This document shows positions 13,310 to 26,857 of a stretch of 64,000 nt of DNA, one piece after another. Source of the DNA: Paraspadella gotoi (taxonomy: Eukaryota; Animalia; Chaetognatha). The notes under the pieces were generated by a model. That model was not told where the DNA came from and made no database searches. It saw only the letters and a program-made list of their open reading frames with translations. The stretch's first letter is position 1, and each line of letters opens with the position of its first letter. The DNA lies in assembly GCA_051294375.1 (NCBI GenBank), contig CM119266.1:27142718-27206717 (forward strand). The letters run 5' to 3'. The position numbers and the translations under genes are program-made.

Positions 13310-13759
13310 TCGCAAAAATATGAGGTTCGACCGTTTTTTGAAAAAAAAAGATGATTTATGTAAAGTTTTCCGGTTTCCACAAAGGATCAAGCCCGCTGAA
13401 CGCTGGAGCGGGGAAGGTGGGGCGCTGGAGCAGGGATCGGAAGGTGGAGCAGACCGGGTGGAGAGAAGGAAAGTGATCATGGGATATTAGTTGGATCGGG
13501 GTAAGGAGCCGAAAGATCGGGTAAGTAAAGTCGGAAGCAAAAGTTCAAATCATTCTTTAAAGTCAAAACCAAAACAATTAAATATAAAACGAAAATAATT
13601 CTGATTTCTCACATTGTCACTGGAAATCATAATGTTAATAATACTGCCGCATTGCAGTTCAAATTCAGGTAAAATGAAGTTTACTTAAGTCGCTTATGTA
13701 TATATGAAAAGAAAAAAGTTTAATTTAAGAGAAAAGCCATGTGGGTTTGACCGAAAAAT

Positions 13760-14068
13760 AAAAAAGAAAAAAAAAGAAAAGAACAGAAAAGAAAAGAAAA
13801 AGAGGAAATGAAAAGAAAAGAAAAGAAAACAAAAGAAAAGAAAAGAAAAGAAAAGAAAAGAAACTAAAAGAAAAGAAAAGAAAAGAAAAGAAAAGAAAAG
13901 AAAAGAAAAGAAAAGAAAAGAAAAGAAAAGAAAGGAAACGAAAAGAAAAGTAAAGGAAAGAAAAGAAAAGATAAGAAAAGAAAATAAAGGAAACTAAAAG
14001 AAAAGAAAAGAAAAGAAAAGAAAAGAAAGGAAACGAAAAGAAAAGAAAAGAAAAGAAAAGAAAAGAAA
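13760..14068. repeat. (AAAAG)n microsatellite
   Basis: Directly visible pentanucleotide array. Confidence 0.95.
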
Positions 14069-16279
14069 GGCGATATAAAATTGATTGAGGCGCTCATGTC
14101 CGGTGAGGCGCTCGACCGAAGATATTCCTCTGGCCTTGAATTCAAAAATGAGTTGGTCCTTCATCGAAGACGGAATTTCAGTGTGACAGATGAGATTGAT
14201 GGATGAGATTGATGGCTGAGATTGATGGATGAGGCTGACGACAAAAATAATTTAATGATTATTATTACGAACTGATTACGCTCAATTTCGAGCGAACGTT
14301 TTTTAATGATTTATAGAGTTATTAAAAATTAAAAGGAAAACGTATCACTAAAACAAATGCACTGAACTGACCCGCGACCACCACTAGGCTCTTTTTCCAA
14401 AGCATACCCTCTCGCCTATACGACGAAAAAAGAGGTACAACGGAGTTCAAAAAGGCTTCCCCTTGGAGCAGCCTCCGAGGACTGTTTACCTCTGGGGGGA
14501 ACGAGTTTTGAGTTAATTAGGGATGCGCCTAACGAAACATACCTGGGGGCGACCCCAAAGGCCTACCCTTAGAGGAATAGACTTTAGACCTCCTCAGGCG
14601 GGAAGGTGGAAAGCCGAGGTGGCCCTCATAATCGAAAAGGGTGGTGAGAGACCATTATCGGAAAGTAGAGAGCGGTCACAACCTTCACCTGCTCCCCAAG
14701 CTCGGCAAGAAAATGGTGGGGATGGAGAGTGACCTACTTACCCTCCTACTAAAAATGACGAGGGAGTTTAAAAGAGGCGCGTTAAGGGGGGTGAGGGGGG
14801 CGTAGCGGGGGCGGGACTCGCGAAATCGTTTGAGAACAAAAGAAGAAAATGGTTTAGTTTCTCTCTTTGAAGGAAAGAAGAGAAAGAGAGAGGAAAATTT
14901 AGAGTCTGAATTGGCGGGAATTGATAAGAATTTAATAATAAACTATACGAAACCCAAATTTTACGAGTTGCTGAAATTTAAGATTAAAAAAAAAGATTTT
15001 AAGAAATGGGTCGCTTTTTCTTGATAACTTTTTTTTCAGAGTCGTTATTAAAATTTTGCATAACCGTAAAAATCAACAATATAATCTTATAAAACAATGT
15101 CCACATGGAAAGCGGCGAAAGACCAATAAAAATCTACGTTCAACATCAAACCAATTCTCATTCTCTTCTTCCTTCCTCCGCGAGAATCGATCCAGGAAAA
15201 CAATGAAAACTCGAGTCAAAACGAGTGCATCACTTACCCGACGCGTCGAAAAGGAAATTGACCGCCTCTCTCACCCCCTAATCCCCCGCTTCCACGCCTC
15301 CTCACCCGCCCAGCGTTCCGAGCTCGCGTGGCGCGCCAATCAAAGGGAATGGTTTTTGACGACCCTCCCCGGCGAAGCGGCGAAAAAAAAGGTGGGAGCA
15401 GGGGGGTAGGGACGGTAAAAGAGACCAGGGGTGGCAGCCGTTCAAAAGGAAAGCCCTTTCCTACGAGCTCTATCGCGACTCGCCTTACCAACCGTTTGGA
15501 TCAAAGGAGTAGGGACTCCCTTCCTCCGCAACCAAAACAATCCAGAGTTCCTCACCCCACGCGTATCAATCACTTACCCTCACCCTCCTCCCGTTCCCTT
15601 CCAAAAAGAGAGAGGGCGTGACCCTCGAGTTTGACCTTGAAGGCGGCGAGATGAAAGGAACACCTCGTTATAAATTCCTGTGGAAGCGAGAGGCCAGTCG
15701 AGGCTCGAGAGAGTGGAGGGAGAGCGGGGTGGGGAGGGTAAGGGGTGGGTGGGAGTGTGGATAGTGTGGCCTAGGTTAGAGGTAAGTGGCAGAGAGAGAG
15801 AGAGAGAGAGATAGTTGGAGACGTGTGGACGGGGAAAGGGCTGGCCGTTGGGCGGAGAAGGGACGTACTTCTTTGAAAGCTTTCCGCATTAGCGGAAAAC
15901 GGATGGAATAAATAATTTAGCTAAAATCAAAGTGTAAAAAAAAGAAAAAAGAAATAATTTTCCTTTTCAATTTGAACATTAGGGAAGAAAAAAACCCGGA
16001 TGTAAAATCAGAGGTCAAGACTCAAGAGAAACGATGGCGACAATTGAAATTGCACTCGCTGATTCTAAAGGTAACAATAAAAATTGTCGGACAATGTTCA
16101 TGTAAGTATGATTATCTAAAATTCAGTTAAAGAAATTGAATTAATACAACCTGATTTTATTTATCGCAAATCAACTAAAACGACTCCATTTGATAAAGAA
16201 TGAAATTAAGGAACTAACCCGAAATGGTCTACTTCAACAAGTGGAATCTTAATTCGGAAAATTGGAAATGAAAAGTAAC

Positions 16280-16620
16280 AACTAGAATTCGAAGTCCTTC
16301 TTGTTCCCCCGAACGGGGAAGTGAAAAGGAACGGAGGAAGGGCGACTGGTTGAAGTTTGAGAGAACGAGAAAAACGAGGGGGGGGGGCGACGCGTACGAC
16401 GCGGGTCGGGTCGCCGACGGAAAAACAACATTGGCGTCAACCAGGATTTCAATGGCGCAATTTTTTTTCCTTCGGCGGCCATTTTGAAGGAGAGGGCAAG
16501 AGCGTCAAACCAAACACCGGGCCTCTGACAAGGAGGGCTGCGGGGCCGCGGGGCCGGTGAGGGCGCGGGGCCGTGGGCCAAATGGGGTGGAAAAGGAAAA
16601 AGGAAGAGGGAAAGGATAAC
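16280..16620 (-). promoter_or_regulatory. CpG-island-like candidate promoter or first exon with YY1-type motif
   Basis: GC- and CpG-rich island. The minus strand reads CAAAATGGCCGCC at 16474-16486. Confidence 0.35.
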
Positions 16621-18483
16621 CAAGAAAAAAAGGGAAAAGCTGGGAAGGATGATAATGTTAGGATTCGGGGAAAAGTGGAAATTGAATTTTTTTCTGATCG
16701 AAAAATCTAATTTCTAATCGGAATTTAAAAGTTTGAAACCAGGCAAAAAGGAAGAGGTCAAGATTTGCTGTAAGCCTGTAACCAAGGTTACTAAAATTAT
16801 TTAAATTGATTAAATTCTTTAGTTTTCATGCTTTCACAATCCGGCTGAGCGAACGACGACCGATAGAAGAAAAAGAGAGCAAAGGCAAATGGGGATCGAG
16901 GGTATGTTTGCGTAATGTCTCTCAACCATATTTTCTTTGCCAATGCCAACGGGTCAGAAAAGCGGATTGGGGAGAGAGAAAAGAGTGTCGATGTAAAAAA
17001 TGGTTGGTATAGGGTTAGTTTGAAAGTGAGGCTCGACGCGGAACGAGAAGCGTCCAAGGCAAGAGCTCTTTGAAAACCAAACTTTTTTTTTGCACTGACC
17101 TTTTTCGCGGCGGCCGACTTTTTTTAAGCGCCCAAACCGAGGCTGTTTGAAAAAAAAAAAAGAGAAAGGACTTAAAAAAATAAAAATAAATGAATGGAAT
17201 GAGAGAGAGATAGAAAAAACGAAAAAAAGAGAAAAACTGCAGGCGAGTAAAAACTGTTTTCAAATTAGAAAATGAAAATGAAAACGAAAAATAAATCACG
17301 TTCCTTTGGTTTTGCTTATTTTCGTTTTTGTTTGAATTTAAAGCGTAGAATATGAAAAGTCGGTTCAGTTATTATACTTAGAATCCTCGTTACCAAAAAT
17401 AGTGTTCATTTGTTTTTGAGGATCGGAATTTGAAGAGAGAGGCGCTGAAAAGAAAAGACAAATCATTTCGTAACTTCAAATTCGAAATCCGAAAAAACTT
17501 TCTTTCTCATCTTATTGTTTGAATGAATTTCCGTCCAAGTTAGTGGACCTGATGTTCGTACGTACAAACAGTCCGTTCTTCTCTTTTCCTATTTTCCATC
17601 TTCATCCGACAAAAACAGAAAGTTCCATCCACTCAACTCTTTCTTTATGGTCTTCGGCATCTCATTCTCTAGATCTTTCGCGCTCAACGTAATGAGCTTC
17701 CTCCACCTTTCTTCTACTCCTCCTCCTCCTTCTCCTCTTCCTCCTCCTCCCTCTCCCCCTTCCGCCTCCCCCCACTTCGTCTCCCACGCGCGTACTTTCC
17801 TTCAACTCTTTCGTCTCCTCCTAATTTTTTTCTCCTTCTCAACCCAATGTCTTTGGAATCTTTCATTCGTCTTCGTACACAGACGTTGAGCTTGTATATC
17901 ATGTCATACCGACATAAGTTGTGTCTTTGTCAGTACATCCTTTGTTCGCCTGTATCTTTGTCATCTGATCCTCTGATCCTCAGTCTTAGTCCCTAGTTTT
18001 AGTCATCTCACTCTTTCTTTTCTTCTTTCTTACTCTCATCTTTATTGACCTCTCTTCACATCTCTTTCCCCTCATCTAATCCTTTCTTTATTTCTCAATT
18101 ATCATTTTATCCTCCCCTTTACTTTTCTCTTCCATGCACTTATATATCGTATCACTCTATCTTCTTACTTTCATCTTCCAATTTCTTAAATATCTTTCTC
18201 TCCCTCATTTCTTTACTCTCTCTCTTCAGTATTCATTTCCCCTTTTCCCCTCCTTTCCCGTCTCCTCAATACGCCGCATTCGTACCCACCGTAATGGTCC
18301 TTATATCATCTTCATCTCTCCTCATCTTTATGTCTTTTTCCTCCCCCTCTCCTCCTCTCCTCTCTCTTCCTCCTCCACCTTTTCTTCCCGTCAGCTCCAC
18401 CAAAAACCCATTTCGCTTCTGCCACATCCTAACTTCATTCTGATGATCTTTGTAGTAGTCGTTACCACCTGATCCTCTTCCTC

Positions 18484-19433
18484 CTCCTCCGAGGTATAGT
18501 GAAGCGCCTTTGAATTCAATGTCTTAATTCAACGTCTTAAGGAGTGGCAACACATTCCTGGTGTAATAGTTAATATAATAATAATTAATAATTAATATAA
18601 TAATTCTCTCTCTCTCTGAAGTGAATCTGGGGAATAAATCTATAATTAAATACATGCTGAGAATCATGTTAAGACTTTGTAACTATAACCAAATGATTTG
18701 ACAAGTGAATATGAAGAGTGAATTAATAACATATTTTATATATTAATACAAATCAAATCCATCTCCTTTTCTCTTTATCTCTCTGATGTGAATCTGGGCA
18801 ATAAATTAATAATTAAATCACTTTAACCAAATGATTTGACAATTGAATATATCAATTCATAATGTATTAATTTGTTGTGGTTAATTGAGGAGAAATTAAA
18901 GAAGTTTTATTAATATTAAACACACGAGGAGATAACAATAATTGATGGAGATTATGCAGAATAAACAGACAATAAACAAATACAATAAAGGAGAATTTGA
19001 TGTTGAGTTCTTGAAGTTGAAGTTCTTAAAGAGTGATCTCATTCCCTCTCCTCTTTCCCTGCCATCGGTTTCCTGAGGGAAGCCTCCCTTCTGATGGGTC
19101 AATCAGAAGAAAAGACGGAAAAGCTAAGAGAGGCAAGCCATTTGGTCTATCAGATCCATCTACTGCATTTAATGAATTCATGCTCCACCGCGCATTTGAC
19201 TGATAATAAGTCGAATTCGACCTTTCGACTATTTAAATCAGTCGCAGCAACTTTTTGTCTATTTGCGAGTCAAAAAGTGGTCGAATAACTGCTCTGACTA
19301 TACCTCGGAGGAGCAGGGTATCCCTAAAAAACAGAGTATTTACAAGTAAATGTGGAACATGAATTCATAAAATCATGATTTTATTGGTAAGGTAGTGGTA
19401 AGTCGAATCATAGTCAAAAACTGCGCTTGACTA
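18484..19433. repeat. Inverted-repeat-bounded segment, possible decayed DNA transposon or MITE
   Basis: Perfect 17-bp inverted repeat CTCCTCCGAGGTATAGT (18484-18500) / ACTATACCTCGGAGGAG (19297-19313). A second related end, GCGCTTGACTATA, lies near 19422-19434. There is an internal direct duplication 18605-18740 / 18770-18860. Confidence 0.5.
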
Positions 19434-19574
19434 TAAGTGCCTTCTCCTCCTCCTCCATTTTATCACCGGGCTCTCCCAATTTTTTTCTCTGCTTCGATTT
19501 CCTTCTCTCTTCATTGTTACCTTTTCTTTGCTCTCATCATTTTTGGATGTTGTTTATCGCGCCATCAAATGGGC

Positions 19575-19607
<33 letters not shown>

Positions 19608-20059
19608 ACCTCTATCCTCTCAACTCTTCTTTCTTTCTCATTGTGTTTGTATATCTTCTTGTTTACCATCATCAAGGCCGGGTCGGAAACCTCGGGAATT
19701 TTCGGTGATGTTTTCATTGTTTTCTCTCCGAGGCGTCTGACGGTGATTTGTCATGTCACAAATGTCTTGTCGCGCAAACGACGTGAAAGTATCTCGATTA
19801 ACCTCTTCTCTCTCTCTCTCTCTCTAAAAGGCCAAACATCAAAGTACGGAAAGCATCATTAGGTAGGCATAACATTTCAACATGTATATAGTTTCCTGTG
19901 TGACAAATAATATTTAATTTTATATATAATTTTCGCAAGAAATTCTACGAGCATGGAGATTCGATTCGGTCGTTTTTGACTTGACGCAACTTGAAAATTA
20001 AATTTAGTATCAAGGTTATTTAAAGCTAATACAGGGAGGTCCAGCTCTAATGAGAATAA

Positions 20060-21640
20060 CTTCCAAGTGCTCAACACAAAAACTGTTTATGACAGAAAAA
20101 AAGCGAGACTATATTTGAAAATCAGGCTAATTTTTCTTTTGATTGATATAAAAAACGTCTGGAAAATCAAACGGCAACCCCTGTAATTTACGCATAAATA
20201 TTATCGTTAAAGGAAAACCCTGCAGTCTTGAAATATAACAAAGTTGATGATGAAATCGAAATAACCTGCAACAGTGAGGCCACTAATTTACTCATATCTG
20301 ATGGCAATAAAATTGTAACTCGCATAAACTTAGTTCCAAAAAAATGAATTAAAAGCAGTTTTAAATCATATGTGTAAAGGTTGGTTGAAAAATACGAAAT
20401 TGATGGTATTCGATCATTTCTGGATCATTCTGATGATTTGACACTCACTACAATTAAATACCGTTTGATCTTGTACTCAACCTAATTTTTCTCGGCCACG
20501 AATTCGAAGGTTAGTTAGGTTAAAAACGTATATTATTATCAATAAAAGGGCGCGAAATCAACGTATTAAAACCGATTAAAAACAATATAAAACAAGTTAA
20601 AAGCAGATTAAAAAAAACAGGTTAAAAACAAGTTAAAAACATATTAAAATTCGTGCGTCGCAAGTAAATAATAACCTCTACTGGGTTTGAAAACGGTTGG
20701 CCGTCCGTTCTACAACATCAATAATACTACGACCAACGCGTTTCGTCAATGGCTGCGCACGGAAACCGCGGTAAAAAGATACAATTCTCTTCTCCCAACT
20801 CTCGACGGTGATTGGTCCAGGCCCGCCAATCCAGGACCGCAGGGAAGAAGCTTGCATTTTGCGATCCAATACGCGAAGGGGAACCGCGCGGCCCAACACA
20901 GATACAGATACACTGAGCTTAAATCCTATCATTATTAACAATTGTCGGGACATAATAACTACACTTTTGAAAGATAAAGAGCGCATGGAATCTTTTAATA
21001 AATAACTAATATTCTGTTATAAAATTGCTAATCTGTTAATATTAAATAATATAAAATTCCCATTTGTAATTCTTCCTTGTGATAAAGATGCACATTGTGG
21101 TTATCATGCAATCATAAGGCATTTTACTCCTCATATCGAACCAGATTCAGAATTCAAAGGGTCATTGTTTGAGATTAGCAGTCAAAACATTTAATTTGGG
21201 ACATTGGAACAATATGATTGAGTCGCAACTGCTTGTGGATTATCCAAACTTGAGAGTTGCAGGAATAGATGTTAAAAAGAACTGTATCGCAATGCCGCCA
21301 GACTCAAAGGCAGCCGCCGCGATAAAGGGCGTTAATACAACTTTACGCTTTGTTTGAATTCTAACTTCACGCAATCTCGGCACTAAAAGTTGCAACTTGC
21401 AGGTCCGGTAAAATAGCGCCGAGGAACCGAAGGCGCCGGCGCTGAAGCTTGAAGGGTCGGCGACAACAGTTCTGCGTTGAGCCAAGGTGGCAATTCCCAG
21501 TGCCCAGGTGGCAATGCCTTGCACCCAGGTGGTAATACCGCGCCCAGGTATTAGAAGTCTGGGCGGAAAATAAATAATACTGTGGAAGACGATGCCGCGA
21601 GCATACTAAAAAACCATTGTCAAAGTACTCAACAAATAAA
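20060..21640 (+). mobile_element. Heavily decayed transposon-like coding relic (possible integrase zinc-binding-like and OTU-like remnants)
   Basis: Microsatellite-free stretch with fragmentary frames: LVPKNELKAVLNHMCKG..VEKYEIDGIRSFLDH, ILPCDKDAHCGYHAIIRHF, LAVKTFNLGHWNN. It has 21-bp repeats at 21481-21550 and ends beside a 23-bp match to the solo-LTR terminus. Confidence 0.35.
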
Positions 21641-23583
21641 TATAAAAATTTAAAATTTTACCTTGTAATTGAAGCTAAAAATAAAATAAGAAGCTGCTTC
21701 TTCTTTGAAACCAACTTTATAACTATAACAAATAATTTCTCCAAACTCTAAAAATGTGCATGAAAAATCACCAAAAACAATTCTTAAACTTCAACAACGA
21801 CTGTGAGTTCAGTTGGCCACCGTGATTCCACAATGATGTAAAATTGAATCAGGGAGAACCCACTCGGATTGCACTAACTTACCAAAAACAAAAGGCTTTA
21901 ATTCTGAAATTTCAGAGTCAAAGCAAAAATAACAAAAGATCATCGCTAATTCTTATAAAACATTGAAACCGCAAGGGCATTAGTCTTATATTTTCTTAAC
22001 TATGTGAAAATTTTTTTTGCTTTAGAATTAGATTTCGTCTCTCTCAGCATTGTGCTTATGGTTCGTTTGATAATAATAATAAGAATATCGGTCACTAATG
22101 AAGTATCTTTGCATGAAGTCTATCATCAATGTTTGGAGAAAAAAACACTACATCCCATATTTTTGCTCCAAACCGAAGGTGATGATTCTGCGATTGAATA
22201 TCGTTCACACTTTGATTCATTGTTTCCAATAACAATAATTCGAAATAAAGATATTCAGGACAAATCTGTCAGTAAAATTTAAAATTCTCTTGAATGTCTA
22301 CCAAAAATGGGAAATAACTTTATAACATTTTTCAATGTGAGCCTAAAAATTTAATCGAATGTCCCAAAATTACTGCCACAAGTAAACATATATCTCCCAA
22401 AACCTGATGAGACTCTTGGGTTCTGCATCCGTCCAGTTTTCTCGTTTCTCCAGTAACGCGAAGGTGGAGGAGGACGAGCGGAGGCGGAACGAGGAGGAGG
22501 AGGAGGAGGAGGAGGAGTGAAATGAGTTTTTCTCCTTTCGATTTCGCGACAAAAGACTCGGAAGATTAACGTCCGAATCATTTCGACTTTCTGACCTCAA
22601 AATCACCTCGAGCTCCGCCACGCCTTCTTTAATCACCAAACCCTTTCCACTTTTCTTATCACTAAATCCTTTCACTTTTCACATCACCAAACCTCTTTGA
22701 CTATTCAAATCACCCAGCTCCCTTTACTATGCTTAATACCAAACGCCCTCCCTTAGGCGTTTTCTAATAACCAAACCTCGCTTTGCGTTTCTCAACAGAA
22801 AAGCATATGATAAATTTCTCTTTCAAACCGTCCAACTCTGGTGACTTTTGAAAACAGTCAAGCCAAGAATTTACTTTTTTTTAAATCACACTAGCGAACC
22901 GCTTCGCTTCAAACTTACTTTCTGACCTCCAACCCTGTCACTAAAAATACAAATGAAAAAAAAATAAAAAAGATAGAACGGAGAAAGAAAAAAGTTATAA
23001 AAAAAATAAAAGAGAGACAAAGATAAAAGAGAGGAAAGAAAGGAAGATGGAAATAAAAAAAAAACCCAAGCGAACAAGCAAGCAAGCGAGCAAGCGAGCA
23101 AGCAAGCCAAAAAAATGCCAAAAACTCTGGGGGGAAAATTGAGGCGAGTTTGAGTCATGGAGTCTGGCAATTTCCGGCCGGACAGAGAAGCTCACTTTTT
23201 TGGAAGAGAGAATATTTTATTTGTTTCTTTTTTTTATTTGTTTGTTTTTGTTTTTCTTTGTTGTTTTTCGTTTTATTTTTTATCCAAAACTATGATAAAT
23301 TTAGTTTTTACAAATCTAAATAATTGATAAATTTATACAATTTTATTCGATTTAAAAACTAATAAAAAGCGACATTAAAAGAAAAACGATTTAGAGCTTA
23401 GACACGAGACAGACACATACTTTATATTTTACATATGATTATCAATATCATCTCATTCGCTGAACATTTTAGTTCAAAAGCAGCAACGAACTTGTTTATT
23501 CTATAATCTATATTGATGATTGCGTTCTGTGTTTTAAAAGGCCGATACAAACGCACTTACAGAGGGACTTTTCTTCTTAAAAA

Positions 23584-23693
<110 letters not shown>

Positions 23694-23760
23694 ACGCCTC
23701 CTTATCTTCCTCTGATGGATCCTGCACAATCCACTTCTCACCTCCTCCAATCTCATCCTC

Positions 23761-23794
<34 letters not shown>

Positions 23795-24946
23795 TCCGTC
23801 TGACTCCTTCCAGGAGATGGAAATCCCGATCCTCGCCCGTAATGACGTTTCCGCCGTCGCCATGGTGATTCCCGCCAAGATATCACCCAATTATCTCGCG
23901 CGTCTATTGTGAATCGTCGTTGCCATCCTCATCGCAGTTATCGTCTTCGTCAACACCGGGCGCTCGTCGTCGTGATCGTCATCGTCTTTGTCATCCGCCT
24001 CGTCGTTATTGTCGTCATTATCGTCATTATCGTCATTATTATTATCGTTGTCATGATCATCTTTGTCGGTGACACGGTCGTCATTAGGGTCGTAAGATTT
24101 CATTAGATAAGAACCGTCCGTCCTTTTCTCTTTAAAAACACGTTCGGGTCATTATAAAATGATCACTATTCAAAGTGACCATAGTCAATATTTTTACTTT
24201 CGTGAGAGCACGCGGTTTGTTTTAAGTGTCTCTCCAGAGCTCAGACTAAACGTTGTACCCGCTTCGAAAACCCGTTTTTACGGGTCTCCGGTAAAATTTT
24301 TGCTAATAAAGTTTTACAATAAAATAGGAAATCTCTTCTTTTCTATTCGCGATTAAACGCGGCTGCTCAATTTAAGGATCCATCGTCAATGGTCAATAGT
24401 ATCAACAATCAAACTCATGGCATTTTTTTGAAGCCACTTTTCTATTATTTTTTATTTTTATTTTATGGACTTTGTAATTGCATAGCCTCGTATAACAATG
24501 TAACAGTAAAATGATATCCGATTAATCCCTACGATGTTCTCCTTATTTCTAATCTTTAATTAATAACATTAATTGATTTTACATTCATTTCAACAATTAA
24601 CATTGATTTCTTTTATTCTTTTCTTCCTCATCTTCTTCAATCTTCATCCTCCATCTCTTTTCTTCTTCTTTCTCCCCTGACTCACATCCGGGGCCCTCCC
24701 TCTCTAACTCACCCACTCCCTTTCTCTTCTTCCCTTATCCCTTCCTTACCCTTTTCCCCCGTCGGCCATAAGCTTCTTCTGTCAATTGCTTCTTCTTTTT
24801 TTCTCTGTCTTCACGCATATCATCATCACTTAAGGCGGCGAAGGGTTAGATGGGGGGGGGGCTTCGCCTTTCTGAATACATGTCCCCATGGCGTTGATTC
24901 GCCGCGCTTTGTCGTTAATGAATCTGCCACCATTTCCCCCCCGGCT

Positions 24947-25032
<86 letters not shown>

Positions 25033-25269
25033 CCCACTTCTTTTTCTTCGAAGTGTCTTTCGGCAGTTTTATTTCTTAAACAAATCTTACCTTTCACCTT
25101 GTCGTCTCCTTCTTCGACCCGCCCACTATGAACTTACCAGAGTCCAATCCACGGCGCGGAAGAGTCAAGCACCGATCCACTTACCCTGGGGTTCACAATT
25201 TTTGCTCACAAAGAAATGAGACTCGAGGGAATAACAAACATTCAACGATCGGGGAGAGAGAGGGAGAGA

Positions 25270-25305
<36 letters not shown>

Positions 25306-25704
25306 AAAAGAGAGAGAGAGAGAGAGAGAGAAGATGCGTTTCCCAATTAGGCTGGCAGTCTGCAATTAGAAAAAAAAATGCGTCGCGTTTAACCTTGACA
25401 TTTAAAAAAATAGAAATAAATGGAGAGAGGCGGACTTTTGAGCGGTGTCTGATTTAAAGGATTGGTTAAAACTGGTTCTACGAAATGTTTTAGAATATAG
25501 TTTAACCAACTGTTAATTATTAAGCAACGGTTAAAAACGGATGTCACAGCTTCTAAAAGATAAAATGTGATAAAAACTAATAATTATGACACGCACGACA
25601 ACTGATGCATAACAAAAAAATGTCAGTCAGGATTGCAATCACAAGTCTCCCCTGATTAGGTTATTTGAAAGTATTGAAGTATTGACGAATCAGTAACAGA
25701 GGGG

Positions 25705-25751
<47 letters not shown>

Positions 25752-26857
25752 GAGCAAAAAATTCAAGCGAAGCGAGGACTTTTGAAAAGAGTTCCGTTTT
25801 TTCCATTTGTTAATTTTTTAGACAACCTGCCTTCTCTCTTTTTTGTTTTGCCTTTTTGCTCTTTTTTTTTCTTCTTTCTTCTTCTTTTCGTCGTCGTCGT
25901 CGTCGTCGTCGTCAGCGGCGCGTTCATTTCCTCTCCCGTTTTACCCTCTGTTTGCTTTTTATTTCCCTGTTTTTTTTCTCTCATGTCTTTCTCCTTTTCT
26001 TTGTTCGATTGTGTCTGCGGGTTTTCTTTATTACGTTCTTTTGTTTTGATTTCTATTCTTGATGATTGAGCTTGTCCTAGACTACGTTCGTGGTTTGTTC
26101 GTTTACTTGTACGATTGTTCATTTAATTGTTTATTTATTGGTTGAGGATATTTTCATATTTTTGTTTCATCCCACATTATATCTTTTTTTTGTTCAATTT
26201 TTTTCTTAACAAACCTGAAATAAAATTATTCATTCATTCAACAAATATAAGTATTAAGTAAGTTATGACTTTTGACTGGCTATAGTCGTTTAAGGCCTCC
26301 TTTCCTCTTAAAACCCTCGCAGGACCCTAGCAGGGCTCTTGCAGGACCGTGCAAAGTAATATCTAATGAGCTGACTGTTATGAAATTAACACAACAATTA
26401 TAATATTAACCATTCATTTAATAAATAGTAAGTTTGATCTATTCTCCTAAATTTTTTTCTCTCTCGGATTTCATATTTTTTTAAATTCCGACTTCTTCCT
26501 TGACGTACATCATCTATATATAGTATGTATATTTTTTTATAATTCTATTTTCAATCCTTTCTTCCTTTCCTCTTTCTTGTTTTTCCTTTCTTTTCTTTCA
26601 ATGTCATCGCTTCTTTGTTTTCATATTACTCTCATTTTTTCGTTTCCTCTTTTTTTTTCGTTTCCTCTTTTTCTCTTCTGGCTTCTCCACTTTTTTCCCT
26701 CTCATCGCGTCCTTTCTTTCAAAATGTTTCCTTAATCCGCCAAAGGCGCTTAGTATTCATTGCAGGAAAGAAAAAAAATAGAGAAGAAAGAATAAAGAAA
26801 GAAAGAATAAAAAGACTCGTTGCGTTTGAAGAGGAAAAAACAATTCGTCCTTTTCGT

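Noticed and set aside
22405-22450. CTGATGAG as a hammerhead core
   Set aside because: There is no pairing stem II followed by GAAA.
25462-25510. About 50-bp imperfect hairpin (TTGGTTAAAACT...AGTTTAACCAA)
   Set aside because: AT-rich, single copy in the window, and no TSD or other support.
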